In this document: piece by piece, positions 33,780 through 50,971 of the stretch
How the letters are laid out: each line of letters starts with the position of its first letter
Numbering within the stretch: position 1 is the first letter of the stretch
Origin: Octopus vulgaris
Lineage: Eukaryota
Assembly: GCA_951406725.2 (NCBI GenBank)
Contig: OX597835.1
Span: 35,712,001-35,776,000, forward strand
Direction: 5' to 3'
DNA length: 64,000 nt
Notes under the pieces: model-generated
Seen by the model: only the letters and a program-made list of their open reading frames with translations
Told to the model about the DNA's origin: nothing
Databases searched by the model: none
Translations under genes and position numbers: made by a program

Positions 33780-34230
33780 AAAATTATATATGCTCATACA
33801 TATATGTATGCATGTATGCATATACGTATGTATGTATGTATGTATGTATGTATGTATGTATGTATGTATGTATGTATGTATGTATGTATATATATATACA
33901 TGTATATTAATGTATATATAACCACTCATACACTCACACACACATATATGTATTTGCGTGTCTATATATTTGTGTAAGTGTGAGTTTATGTATATAAATA
34001 TGTGTGGCCGTGTGTTTGTGTGTATACACACACATATATAATATATATATATATATACCTATGCGTAAATATGCCTGTATATGTACATGCACCTCGAATA
34101 CATACATGCATATATATATGTATATGTGTATAAATATATATATATAAATAAATATATACATATATATATACACGTGTGTGTGTATATAATATATACATAC
34201 ATACATACATACACACATTCATACACAGAA

Positions 34231-34263
<33 letters not shown>

Positions 34264-34724
34264 AGTGTGTGTGTGTGTGTGTGTGTGTCTGTGTGTGTTC
34301 GCACATACATATATATATATATATCTGTCATTAATCGTATCAGTCGTGTTCTTGCATTTAAGTTTTAACAAGGCGAATTACAAACACTCGAAATAAACAG
34401 ACAGTTAGTTATCTCAAATTCGAAGAACAAAAACCATAATAAATGAATAAATAATTATATATACAAAAAATAAATAAATGACTGAATGAATAAGGCACTT
34501 CTATATCTGAGACGCCGTTAATCGCTGCGAAAATATCTTCCTTTTAATACGCTGTAATTGTTTTAAATGGAGAAAATCACAAGCAGAAGACACCGAAGGA
34601 ATTGGCGGAGAAGAAGTAATGTGTAGTCGGGTTGGGGTGGCGGATGGAGTGGGCGATATTTAAGATGTTCCAATCAACTTATTAAAGACATGCTGAGATT
34701 TTTTTCACCTGAAAATTAATCACT

Positions 34725-34756
<32 letters not shown>

Positions 34757-34999
34757 TGTATGTATGTATGTATGTATGTATGTATGTATGTATGTATGTA
34801 TGTATGTATGTGCTTACGTATATATGTATGTATGTTTGCATATAGGTATGAATGGCTGGCTTGATGGAGGTAGGTATGCATGTATGTATACCTATATGTA
34901 AAGGTGAATATATATATATATGTCTGTGTGTGTGTATATAAATATATATGCATATATATATATATATATATATATATAGATAGATAGATAGATATGTAG

Positions 35000-35093
<94 letters not shown>

Positions 35094-35457
35094 CTACATA
35101 TGTTTGCTTCGAATGTTGAAATATTAACGTTCAAAGTAATGTTTCTCGAATACACGTGAATAATTATATTTATAGTAGTGTATATATATATATATGTATG
35201 CAGATATGTATGGATATATATATGTATGTAGATATATATATATATGAATATGTATATATATATGTACATATATATATATATATATACATACATGTATACA
35301 TGCACATTTCTATATATATGTGTGTATATTTAATTCAAAATTATATATATATTTAATTCAAAAATATATATGTATTTGTGTATATATTTATGTATATAGC
35401 AACAAAGTAATATACATTGAAACATACATACATATATTTGAGTGCATAAATAAATAA

Positions 35458-35496
<39 letters not shown>

Positions 35497-35648
35497 TAAA
35501 TATATATATGTATGTGTTTGTACGAGTATGAGCATATTTCTGTGTGTCCACGTATACATATGTTCATGTATACATACATATACATCACACTTTCATACAG
35601 ACGTTACATACTGTAATACTTTTATGTATGCACTACAAATAAAAATGC

Positions 35649-35682
<34 letters not shown>

Positions 35683-35761
35683 TACTATACATTCGTACAT
35701 ACCGACCTACAATATACACACATACATACACAAACACGTACACAGTAGCACACACGCACCG

Positions 35762-35832
<71 letters not shown>

Positions 35833-36446
35833 GTATGCATATACGTTTATACATACGTGTATACAAACATATATGTACCGCTGAATTATATACATCGTTT
35901 ACGTTTTTTTTAGAGCCGTCGTCACAAAGCTGGTAATTATCTAAGCAACGAAAGCATAGGAAAGGAGATATAGAACTCTAGCTTGCAGCAATTATCGTCT
36001 TCTGCCGTGGAATGTTCGAAAAGAGGATTAGTTCCAAACAGAATATCAGGAACCACAACCAAACAAGACCAAAACGAAACAAAATAAAACGGAGAGAAAC
36101 AGCAATTCAATATCTAAACAGATGCACAAATAAAGAAATAATGCGCTACAAAATGAAAGTTATATGTATAGACTTATATACATAAATGCGCGCGAGTATG
36201 AATGTGTGTGTGTGTGTGGCGGTGCGTGCTTGTGTGTGTATGTGTGTAGACAAATAAATATATAGATATTTGAATTAATAAGTAAATATGTAAACAGCCG
36301 AGCACGAAACAAACAACAAAGAAATATCGCTGGTTCCTGTCTTCATTTATATTTTTCAAGTAATATCTGTTTATCTAGGTTTGTATATGTACGCATGTGG
36401 TGTGTTACCTATCGGATAAGTATGGCTGTACACTGACTCTCACAGT

Positions 36447-36497
<51 letters not shown>

Positions 36498-36826
36498 GCA
36501 TAAGAATAATATATATATATGTTTAAAGAGACGGTCACAAACGTAAAAATAGATAGGTAGATAGATACATAGGTCGGTATGATGTGAGTTGTTAGCGTGC
36601 GCGAGCTTGTGTGTTTGTGGCCTGGTTTATGTATCTGAAGTTGACAAATATCGAATTGTGAATGTTAGCACAAATATAGTCTTAATAAGGCCTTAAAAGT
36701 CATAATACCAATAGCAATGATAGTATTAAAATTAATAATAATAATAATAATAATAATTATAGTAATAATAATAATAAGAATAATAATATGAACAACAACA
36801 CCAACAACAACAACAACAACAACAAC

Positions 36827-36907
<81 letters not shown>

Positions 36908-36945
36908 TAATAATAATAATAATGATAATAATAATAATGATGATG

Positions 36946-36998
<53 letters not shown>

Positions 36999-37262
36999 GA
37001 TGATGATAATGATGAGTATGATGTTGATGATGTTGTTGATGATGATGATGATGATGACGGTCAAGGTGTTGATGATAATGAGGATGATGATAATGAAGAT
37101 GATCAAATAACACATCCTAGTGACTAAGGTGTAAAAATGACAACATATCAAATACAAGATTAAAATTATTTACTAAAATAATAGAAAATAAAAAACGATC
37201 AAATATTTAAAATATCGTAATAACATTTCTGACACACATCGGTACTCCATAATATTTCCATT

Positions 37263-37327
<65 letters not shown>

Positions 37328-37370
37328 AGTTGTATACTCTCAATTAAATACCTGTCTAGACTTTGTAAAC

Positions 37371-37408
<38 letters not shown>

Positions 37409-37410
37409 TT
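33780..37410. repeat. Compound (TATG)n/(TA)n/(CA)n/(AAT)n/(GAT)n microsatellites with unique spacers
   Basis: Direct reading. Confidence 0.9.
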
Positions 37411-37654
37411 CACTGATCACCAAAATTAGAAATATTAATTTTCTAAATATCTCAGTGGTGGAACGATAGAGCAGTTGTATACTGTCAACCTAACGTGACA
37501 GTCCCATAAAGGGAATCACACCACCGCTATTTAGTCCGAGGAATCATCAACGCTTCTGTCGGTCTTGACACAATTTTTGTGACCTTATGTTTACAAAGGG
37601 GAGACAAGCACCCCCAACAGCTAGGCCTGCAACCAGAGACATGTTTCCGAGTCT

Positions 37655-38490
37655 TACAACCAGAACAATTTCTGAATGAATATACACAAGATTATTTTGA
37701 TTCTCGCTGATTTTGTGTCATCACAATAAGATGATATTAGCTCGGCAGTGTTTATCATGCATCGACAAATATTTTGCTTACTGAATTATAAATACAGCTA
37801 CAGTTTTAACTTATCTTCAGCGTACTAGCTGAGTCTCTAACTGAAGATGCAAAATGATGTTGAAACAGCGGTGTAAGAGAATCTACTATCTCACTAAAGT
37901 ATGCGCATTTCTGACACATAGCTTCAAATTGTGAGGTGGTGCTCCAGGGCTCCAAGTAAGAACATATTTACGTTCAAGTCTTCCGGGACGTGTTTATGAA
38001 TGAAACCGTCACTGCTTTCATTGTTATTGTTTTGTATGCTTCTAATGATTTTATAATTGATGTAGCCTTCCCTGAGACTCCGATGTTCAATGCTACCAGA
38101 ACAGTTTAAGAATATACACTTGCTTATTTTGATTCTTGGTGATTTTCTGTGCGAAAAATTAGATGATATTAGCTTGGCAGTGCTTATCATATATCGATAA
38201 ATAATTTGCTTATTGAATTATAAAAACAGCTGCAGTCCTAAATCATTCAGAGTTTTAGCAGTATCTCTAACTGAAGATACAAAATGATGTCGAAACAGCG
38301 GTGTCTCAGAATCAGCTACGTCACTGAAGCACATAGCTTCAAAGAGTGGGGGTAGTGCTTCGTGCAAGAAATACATTGGCGAAGAGCATATGTATTTCAA
38401 GTTGTCCGGAACGTATTCACGAAATAAACCAATCATTGTTTTAATTCTCGTTGTTTTGCGTGCTTGGAATAATTTTATAATTGATATCAT
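37655..38490 (+). repeat. Old tandem duplication, about 430-bp unit, each unit with a hammerhead-like core
   Basis: GATGATATTAGCT at about 37730 and 38162. CTGAAGA at 37841 and 38271, GAAAC at 37862 and 38292, triplets GTA and GTC. Confidence 0.7.
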
Positions 38491-38514
38491 TGGTGTATTC
38501 TTTGAACGATCGTC

Positions 38515-42900
<4,386 letters not shown>

Positions 42901-43506
42901 AAGGAAAATTGGCAAACTGAAGTATTTAATTGAAAGCGTTATCATTTGACGAATAAATAAAGAAATAGGGAAAAATTAAAAGATAAAAACAAATTTAAAC
43001 AAAACGCAAAATAAACAATAGAAAACTACAACAGAATCTCTTCCACCCTAATCCACCCAAATCCACCTCACCGTTTCTAAAATATTGCCGAAAATCTATT
43101 CGGACTTAAAGAAAAATTTCCGAAGATTTTTCCAATTTAGGAAACGAGAAAATATTTTCCATATTTTCTACATTTTACATCAATAAAACATTTTATATAT
43201 TTTATGTCAATAAATATTTCAACTCCATTTGACTTCCGTGAGATTATTTGCCACCGAAATTTCTTCTTGTGTATGTAATCGACATTTATTGATGTTGCTG
43301 TTCTTGTTGTCGTTTTCCTTTTGTATTTCGCTGTTTTCTCTGAATTCTTGCGCCTTTGTGGCCTAGCCATGAAATTCTTCTTCTTCTTCTTCTTCTTCTT
43401 CTTCTTCTTCTTCTTCTTCTTCTTCTTCTTCTTCTTCTTCTTCTTCTTCTTCTTCTTCTTCCTTCTCCTCCACTTCCTCCTCACCTCCTCTTCATTATTA
43501 TTATTA

Positions 43507-43571
<65 letters not shown>

Positions 43572-44112
43572 GAGTGAGAGAGCAGTGCATGCCATCAAAG
43601 TGACACTGAGGTAAAATATATGAAGCCCAGCATATCCATCTGATAACGGTACTCTAGGCACATGCATCACAACCATATGTACGCGACATGGTGATCTCAT
43701 ATCAAGATAAACAGCACATGAACTTGTAGGTGGGGCAAAGTTAGAATGTTCTTCTGGTCGAGTAGCCCATCCTGCTGAAAAGGTCCCTGAATAAGGGTCG
43801 TTTGAGGATGTTTAACGAAACACCCATGTTTCCAGAGGTGAAATATTCAAACCCCAAAGAATCCCTCTCAACACATGGCTATGATGCTCCCCACTACTTC
43901 TGCTCGTGATCAGAGATGCACATATCGTCAGCCACTAAGGGACATGCTCAACTGCTTAAGGTCAAACAACTGACAAGCAAATCTGTGGTATTGAGCAGAA
44001 TATTTGCTGTAGCCCATCTTTTATACCAAGACAAAACAATGTACATGATAACACTTCCAATCAGTTAAAATCAGAAGCCACGAGAGCCACTGCCTGGTAC
44101 TGCATCAGGGCA
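43572..44112 (-). mobile_element. Family A copy 4
   Basis: Reverse complement of 7396-7949 with the same 5' start and an (AAT)n tail. Confidence 0.85.
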
Positions 44113-44121
44113 TTTCTTCTT

Positions 44122-44210
<89 letters not shown>

Positions 44211-44243
44211 CATCATCATCATCATCATCATAATCATCATCAT

Positions 44244-44307
<64 letters not shown>

Positions 44308-45229
44308 GTCGTCGTCGTCGTCGTCACCATGTTTTTAGGAGTCGGAGCCTTTCTGAATTCATGTGAATATCTATTTAAGGATACATGTAATTACCCGCTA
44401 CACACCATAAGACCAATCTCGAGTCACATCGAATAATGATAACCCTTTCTACAATAAATAGAATTTAAATAGAATATAAATACCATAAAGAAATAGACAG
44501 AAATCAAATCAAACTCCTTTAACTGAATCATGTTGAAATTTTGTCGGCAAAATATTCAGATTAGACACGTACCGCTTCGACTGTGATAGCAAACAATGAT
44601 ACATGGCCTTTTACTAATGCATTGTCCAAAATCTATCAAAAAAAGCTTTCTGCACAGAAAGTTGAAAAGGACAAAGAGCAACAATATAGCTTGAAGGTTA
44701 TTGATCCCAAGCTAACACCCAGGACACCACGTAAGCTGACAAACCCATGTTCTTCGGTCTCGTTATCAGGTGTGAACAACGAGGGCGAAAATTCTTCCTT
44801 TTTATCTACAGCTAGCAAAAACAAAGGAAGCAGAAAGCAGCCGTCAGAAGAGCAGTATTCCAGCCACGTAGAAAGAGAAGAACCAAAGCGAAGTTGATAA
44901 TAAAGAAAGCAGATTTCGAGAAAGAAACCCAACCTATGAAAGCAAAAATTAAGTAAAAAAAAAACTAGAAGGCTGCATTAGATTTCCTTTTGAGAAGGAA
45001 TTCCCTCCGCTCAGGAAGAATTCAAGTCTTATGATCCAATGGCTTCCAAGGTGAAACTAGTCCCCAACTTGAATGAGGGACTTCGAAAAAGCTTGCATGT
45101 GCTAGCACAGTCAGTGGGAATCTCTGCTTACCAGACGCCAGAAGGTTCCATGAAGGTTATCGGCAGAGAATGCGCACCCTTCCAAGGCCTTCCGCTCGAC
45201 GGTTTTACAGCGCACTAGGCCTCCTTACT

Positions 45230-45480
45230 AAAAAAATCAAACTTCCAGTCAACATCAAGTTGTGTTGGAGTGATCGCTACTGATGGCGATGTTATGCCTC
45301 CATTCGTCTTCTCACACGACCTCACACTCAACACAATGGACTACATCAAGTGTATGGGTGAGGTAGTGCTACTCTGGGTCAAGAGGGTGTATGCTGGAAG
45401 ACCCTATGTCTGGTAACAGGGACTCACAAGTAGGAGAATCCAGTCATGGCTGTTAAGCAATGTCTGCGACTGCATCACCA
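45230..45480 (+). mobile_element. Tc1/mariner-superfamily (DD37D/maT-like) transposase fragment
   Basis: GVIATDGDVMPPFVFSHDLTLNTMDYIKCMGEVVLLWVKRVYAGRPYVW*Q..TSRRIQSWL. Confidence 0.75.
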
Positions 45481-46356
45481 CGCTACAGTCCGGAAAACCG
45501 ACCATGCCAGCATATGGTACGAGACATTCGACCTTTATATCCTTGATTACAAGTACTTGTATTAGCGCCTATGTAATAAAATTTAATGTTTATATTAGTT
45601 ACAGGTAATTTGATATTATAACTTGTAGTGGTGATATATTAATGAGTATGTAGTGTTTTATTATTAACTTCTGAATAATAAAATAACATATTTCACTCAT
45701 AATTATTATATTGTTTGTTAAATTAAATTCAATCGTGTTTGTTTTGTTTTGGAGAGATTTGTATAAAGCTTTAACTTTTTAATTATAGCAGTAACTATGG
45801 AATACTGGTGGGATTATTATTTGTATGCACTTAAAGATTGGTCGCGATTTAACATATAATTTAGTTATTGCAAGTTTACCATTAATACCGATACGATATA
45901 CATTGGTTTATGTTTTTCTTTGTTGTAGTTTATTAAAGTTACTGTTTAATTCTGCTTCTAATTTGATTGATTGAACGGTTGTGGTTATCAAGCTTTCACT
46001 TTTATATTATACTATGGACGACGGTAGGGAAGATAATTTTTGTATGACTTAATGGATGGGTCGTTTTAGTTACGTATTTGGGAATTGGTTTTAATTTATT
46101 TATTGAATTTATTTACCGATACGGTAATACAGAGGGTAAATGTGTTTCAAAGTCGTGGTTTATTTGGGATGTTTGTTCCCAATCAACACTTATTTTAGTG
46201 CTGTTGATACCACCGGATTGAATAGTCCTGCCAGGTGCCGAAACCATAATGATATCCATGGAACAGTTGATGATGGAAGTATGTTGTATTGTTGGCATGG
46301 CTGTTTTTGTATATGCGGAATAGAATTATAACACATCCTTTTGATTTATATATATA

Positions 46357-47623
46357 CGAGGGGCGTTTAATAAATAATGCCCCTGACCCACTTCCCATAG
46401 CAGTAGAGCAACGAAACTTGGAACAGTTATTAGTCTTTTTCTACATAGGAACCACCCAGAGTTACGCATTTCTCCCATCGTTTGATGCAGCTCTGAAGAC
46501 CGTTTTTGTAGAAGACCCCAGCTTGGTCCTCCAACCACGACGTGACTTCAGAAGTCAAGGCTGCATCATCTGGGAAACGCTTTCCTTTCAAAAACAACTT
46601 CATGGCTGGGAAGAGGAAAAATCAGAGGGTGCAAGGTCAGGAGAGTAGGGGGGATGGGGATGAGTTCATAGCCGCACGCCTGTGCTTCTGATCTGGCGAC
46701 ACGCGAGTTGTGGATCGGAGCGTTGTCCTGCAGGAGGAGGATGCCTTTGCTGATCTTGCCCCGCCTCTTGATTTTGATAGCTTCTCTTAATTTCCTCAAA
46801 AGTGAAGCATAATAGACTCCTGTAATTGTGGCACCCTTTGCCAGGAAATCTGTCTTCACTACTCCGTCCTGGTCCCAGAAGACTGTAAGCATGACCTTGC
46901 TTTCTTTGGAGGAGGTGAGTCACGGTGCTTCCACTGCATTGACTGGGCTTTGGTCTCTGGATCATAGTGATGGACCCAGGTTTTATCCTATGCAATCAGT
47001 CTTTTGAAAAATTTTGACTCATCTTCTTGGCACATCTCCAAATTCATCCTCGAGCAATCGACGCGTTCTTGCTTCTGGAAAGGTGTGAGCAACCTGGGAA
47101 TCCATCTGGCAGACACCTTTTGCATATGCAAATGGTCATGAATGATAGTTTCCACAGACCCGGTACTAATCTTGACCTCATGGGCTATTTGGCGAATAGT
47201 TATGCGTCGATCTTCCAAAATGGCAGCCTCAACTTGATAGACAGATGCCTCATCAATGGCAGAAGGGGGCGACCAGATCTGGGAGCTGTTTCCACAGAGC
47301 TCCGACCATGTTTGAATTCACGATGCCAGCGTTTTACAAGATCATATGATGGGGCATCATCACCATAAGTTACTTTCATTTCATCAAAAGTCTCCCGTGG
47401 TGTGCGTCCTTTCAAATACAAAAACCGGATCACTGCTCGACTATCAACATGCTCCATTTCACACTTGACTCAGTTCAAACACCTGTAAATCGGAAACCAC
47501 AATTAGTTCAGAGCTGTAATTTGCCACTTAATCTATAGAGATATAAATAATTCCACATGCAAACTTTCAGCTAGATCAAACAACTGCAAGTGGGTCAGAG
47601 GCATTACTTATTGAACGCCCCGC

Positions 47624-47624
<1 letters not shown>
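46357..47624 (-). mobile_element. Full-length mariner (irritans-like), 1268 bp, TIRs + TA TSD
   Basis: TA-CGAGGGGCGTTTAATAAATAATGCC ... GGCATTACTTATTGAACGCCCCGCG-TA. Confidence 0.95.
46431..47457 (-). pseudogene. mariner transposase pseudogene
   Basis: MEHVDSRAVIRFL..SGRP, WIPRLL, MLTVFWD, LLQDNAPIH, YSPDLAPSDF and RWEKCVTLGGSYVEKD* across several frameshifts. Confidence 0.92.
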
Positions 47625-47689
<65 letters not shown>

Positions 47690-47858
47690 GACGGGCTTCT
47701 TTCAGTTTCCATCTCCCAAATCCACTCACAAGGCTTTGGTCGTCCCGAGGTTGTAGTAGAAGACACTTGCACAAAGTGCCACGCTGTGGGACTGAACCCG
47801 GAACCATATATATATATATGTATGTATGCATATAATTATGTATCTATGTACATAACCA

Positions 47859-48135
47859 CTTAACCACTACGCCACATGCCCGGGCATATGGCGTAGTGGT
47901 TAAGAGCGCGGGCTACTAAACCGGAGATTCCGAATTTGATTCCAGGCAGTGACCTTAATAAGGATAATAATAATTACCCAGGTTCAAAATTTCCTCAAGA
48001 CACCAGATGAAGCCTGGGGCGTATATCAGCCGAAACGTTGTGTTAACAACAAACTAGATGAGGACAAATATCCGTCAAATATAAATAATGTAAATAGTGT
48101 ACATAATTCCTCATCTCTTAAATATAGAAGTGTAT
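47859..48135 (+). mobile_element. tRNA-headed element carrying a degenerate hammerhead, with 23-bp 5' inversion
   Basis: GGGCATATGGCGTAGTGGTTAAG head mirrored at 47859-47881; B-box-like AATTTGATTCC; GACAC-CAGATGA-aGCCTG..CAGCC-GAAAC-GTT-GTGTT at 47999-48044. Confidence 0.65.
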
Positions 48136-48202
48136 TACATGTTGATTGTTGGCGATATTTTCCTGCGTCCTCTTTTTCATTTGGACTTTCCTTTTTCACC
48201 GT

Positions 48203-48441
48203 TTCTTATTTTTTTATTGCCCACAAGGGGCTAAACATAGAGAGGGGACAAACAAGAACAGACAAAGGAATTAAGTCGATTACATTGACCCTAGTGCGTA
48301 ACTGGTTCTTAATTTATCGACCCCGAAGTTATGAAAGGCAAAGTCGACCTCGGCGGAATTTGAACTCAAAACGTAACGGCAGACAAAATACCGCTAAGCA
48401 TTTCGCCCGGCGTGCTAACGTTTCTGCCAGCTCGCCGCCTT
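48203..48441 (-). mobile_element. SINE family C inserted into an HHR element (about 48140-48600)
   Basis: rc of the 25401-25632 type; the flanks join to resemble 60722-60915 (rc). Confidence 0.85.
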
Positions 48442-48456
48442 ATCGCCTTGGTATCC

Positions 48457-48493
48457 TGTTTCTGAAGAAGAGCTTTGCTCGAAACGTAAAACA
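48457..48493 (+). ncRNA. Minimal Penelope-type hammerhead
   Basis: TGTTT-CTGAAGA-a-GAGC-ttt-GCTC-GAAAC-GTA-AAACA. Confidence 0.8.
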
Positions 48494-49025
48494 ACCATTC
48501 ATTCTTCCTTTCTCTGATCGTCGTATAAATAATTTGCATATACTAAGTACACGCGTAGTTGCGTTTCTTCTTGTCTTTTTATCCGCTTTTTTTTAATTAC
48601 TATTTTCCACACGCTCACAAGAAATGCTTTCTACTATCGCGAACTCTTTGTACCATCGAATTACATTACGTTATTCATTCGGAGTGCGCCATTTCTTCAT
48701 CATGATTATATATATTTATACATATGCATATATATATATAATGTATATGTATGCATGTGTATGTGTGTATATACACTCAATATATATATATATATATAAT
48801 TAATCAATATAGGGTGGCAAAAAAAATTTTGTAGAATTCTTTTGCCACCAGCGGCCAAGTGGGAAAAAATTAAATAGTCATAGACCATTTTTAAGTTCAA
48901 CATCAACAATCAAGGAACGGCCATAATAGGCCATTCACCCACTAGAAATAACAGCCAAAGCTTCAACCGCAAATAAAAATTAATTCCGTAAACCAGGAGA
49001 AAATTTAAAAAACATTTACCTTGTA

Positions 49026-49132
49026 ATTTCTTATACGATATACCGTTTCATCTGCTGATTAATGGTAAACTAACCTGATTAAATTAAATCAAGCCAATCT
49101 TCCAAAGGCCCTCAGATTCTTCAGTAAGAAAT
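49026..49132 (-). ncRNA. Type I hammerhead, unit 1
   Basis: rc: ATTTCTTA-CTGAAGA-ATCTG-(58 nt)-CAGAT-GAAAC-GGTATATC-GTA-TAAGAAAT. Confidence 0.9.
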
Positions 49133-49518
49133 AGCCCAAGTCGGAACAGATATTTTCACGAGGCAAATCCGACCTTGCCAAGGTTATATCTGACCTAAAA
49201 TTTTCAAATCGTCGCACTCGCGCCAAAATTTATCGGCAGCAAATAAATATAAGCCGTCGATTCCATTACGGAATTAACCAGAAAATTCATAATTAATCAA
49301 TATAGGGTGGCAAAAAAAATTTTGTAGAATTCTTTTGCCACCAGCGGCCAAGTGGGAAAAAATTAAATAGTCATAGACCATTTTTAAGTTCAACATCAAC
49401 AATCAAGGAACGGCCATAATAGGCCATTCACCCACTAGAAATAACAGCCAAAGCTTCAACCGCAAATAAAAATTAATTCCGTAAACCAGGAGAAAATTTA
49501 AAAAACATTTACCTTGTA

Positions 49519-49625
49519 ATTTCTTATACGATATACCGTTTCATCTGCTGATTAATGGTAAACTAACCTGATTAAATTAAATCAAGCCAATCTTCCAAAG
49601 GCCCTCAGATTCTTCAGTAAGAAAT
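49519..49625 (-). ncRNA. Type I hammerhead, unit 2
   Basis: Same sequence as unit 1. Confidence 0.9.
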
Positions 49626-50012
49626 AGCCCAAGTCGGAACAGATATTTTCACGAGGCAAATCCGACCTTGCCAAGGTTATATCTGACCTAAAATTTTCAA
49701 ATCGTCGCACTCGCGCCAAAATTTATCGGCAGCAAATAAATATAAGCCGTCGATTCCATTACGGAATTAACCAGAAAATTCATAATTAATCAATATAGGG
49801 TGGCAAAAAAAATTTTGTAGAATTCTTTTGCCACCAGCGGCCTAGTGGGAAAAAATTAAATAGTCATAGACCATTTTTAAGTTCAACATCAACAATCAAG
49901 GAACGGCCATAATAGGCCATTCACCCACTAGAAATAACAGCTAAAGCTTCAACCGCAAATAAAAATTAATTCCGTAAACCAGGAGAAAATTAAAAAAAAC
50001 ATTTACCTTGTA

Positions 50013-50119
50013 ATTTCTTATACGATATACCGTTTCATCTGCTGATTAATGGTAAACTAACCTGATTAAATTAAATCAAGCCAATCTTCCAAAGGCCCTC
50101 AGATTCTTCAGTAAGAAAT
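50013..50119 (-). ncRNA. Type I hammerhead, unit 3
   Basis: Same sequence as unit 1. Confidence 0.9.
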
Positions 50120-50505
50120 AGCCCAAGTCGGAACAGATATTTTCACGAGGCAAATCCGACCTTGCCAAGGTTATATCTGACCTAAAATTTTCAAATCGTC
50201 GCACTCGCGCCAAAATTTATCGGTAGCAAATAAATATAAGCCGTCGATTCCATTACGGAATTAACCAGAAAATTCATAATTAATCAATATAGGGTGGCAA
50301 AAAAAATTTTGTAGAATTCTTTTGCCACCAGCGGCCTAGTGGGAAAAAATTAAATAGTCATAGACCATTTTTAAGTTCAACATCAACAATCAAGGAACGG
50401 CCATAATAGGCCATTCACCCACTAGAAATAACAGCCAAAGCTTCAACCGCAAATAAAAATTAATTCCGTAAACCAGGAGAAAATTTAAAAAACATTTACC
50501 TTGTA

Positions 50506-50612
50506 ATTTCTTATACGATATACCGTTTCATCTGCTGATTAATGGTAAACTAACCTGATTAAATTAAATCAAGCCAATCTTCCAAAGGCCCTCAGATTCT
50601 TCAGTAAGAAAT
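50506..50612 (-). ncRNA. Type I hammerhead, unit 4
   Basis: Same sequence as unit 1. Confidence 0.9.
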
Positions 50613-50739
50613 AGCCCAAGTCGGAACAGATATTTTCACGAGGCAAATCCGCGAGTGCGACGATTTGAAAATTTTAGGTCAGATATAACCTTGGCAAGGT
50701 CGGATTTGCCTCGTGAAAATATCTGTTCCGACTTGGGCT

Positions 50740-50846
50740 ATTTCTTACTGAAGAATCTGAGGGCCTTTGGAAGATTGGCTTGATTTAATTTAATCAGGTT
50801 AGTTTACCATTAATCAGCAGATGAAACGGTATATCGTATAAGAAAT
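50740..50846 (+). ncRNA. Type I hammerhead, inverted copy
   Basis: Stem I 50740-47/50839-46, CTGAAGA 50748-54, stem II 50755-59/50818-22, GAAAC 50823-27, GTA 50836-38. Confidence 0.9.
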
Positions 50847-50971
50847 TACAAGGTAAATGTTTTTTAAATTTTCTCCTGGTTTACGGAATTAATTTTTATT
50901 TGCGGTTGAAGCTTTGGCTGTTATTTCTAGTGGGTGAATGGCCTATTATAGCCGTTCCTTGATTGTTGATG

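Noticed and set aside
44583-44897. 104-aa Lys/Ser-rich ORF
   Set aside because: No recognisable domain, no ATG start and no convincing splice sites; origin unresolved.
47949-48596. 215-aa ORF
   Set aside because: Runs across two HHR elements and an antisense SINE; chance open frame.
48797-50650. CRISPR-like array or assembly duplication
   Set aside because: No repeat-spacer structure. Units carry a few distinguishing substitutions and a structured inversion, which favours a real insertion; long-read confirmation is still advisable.
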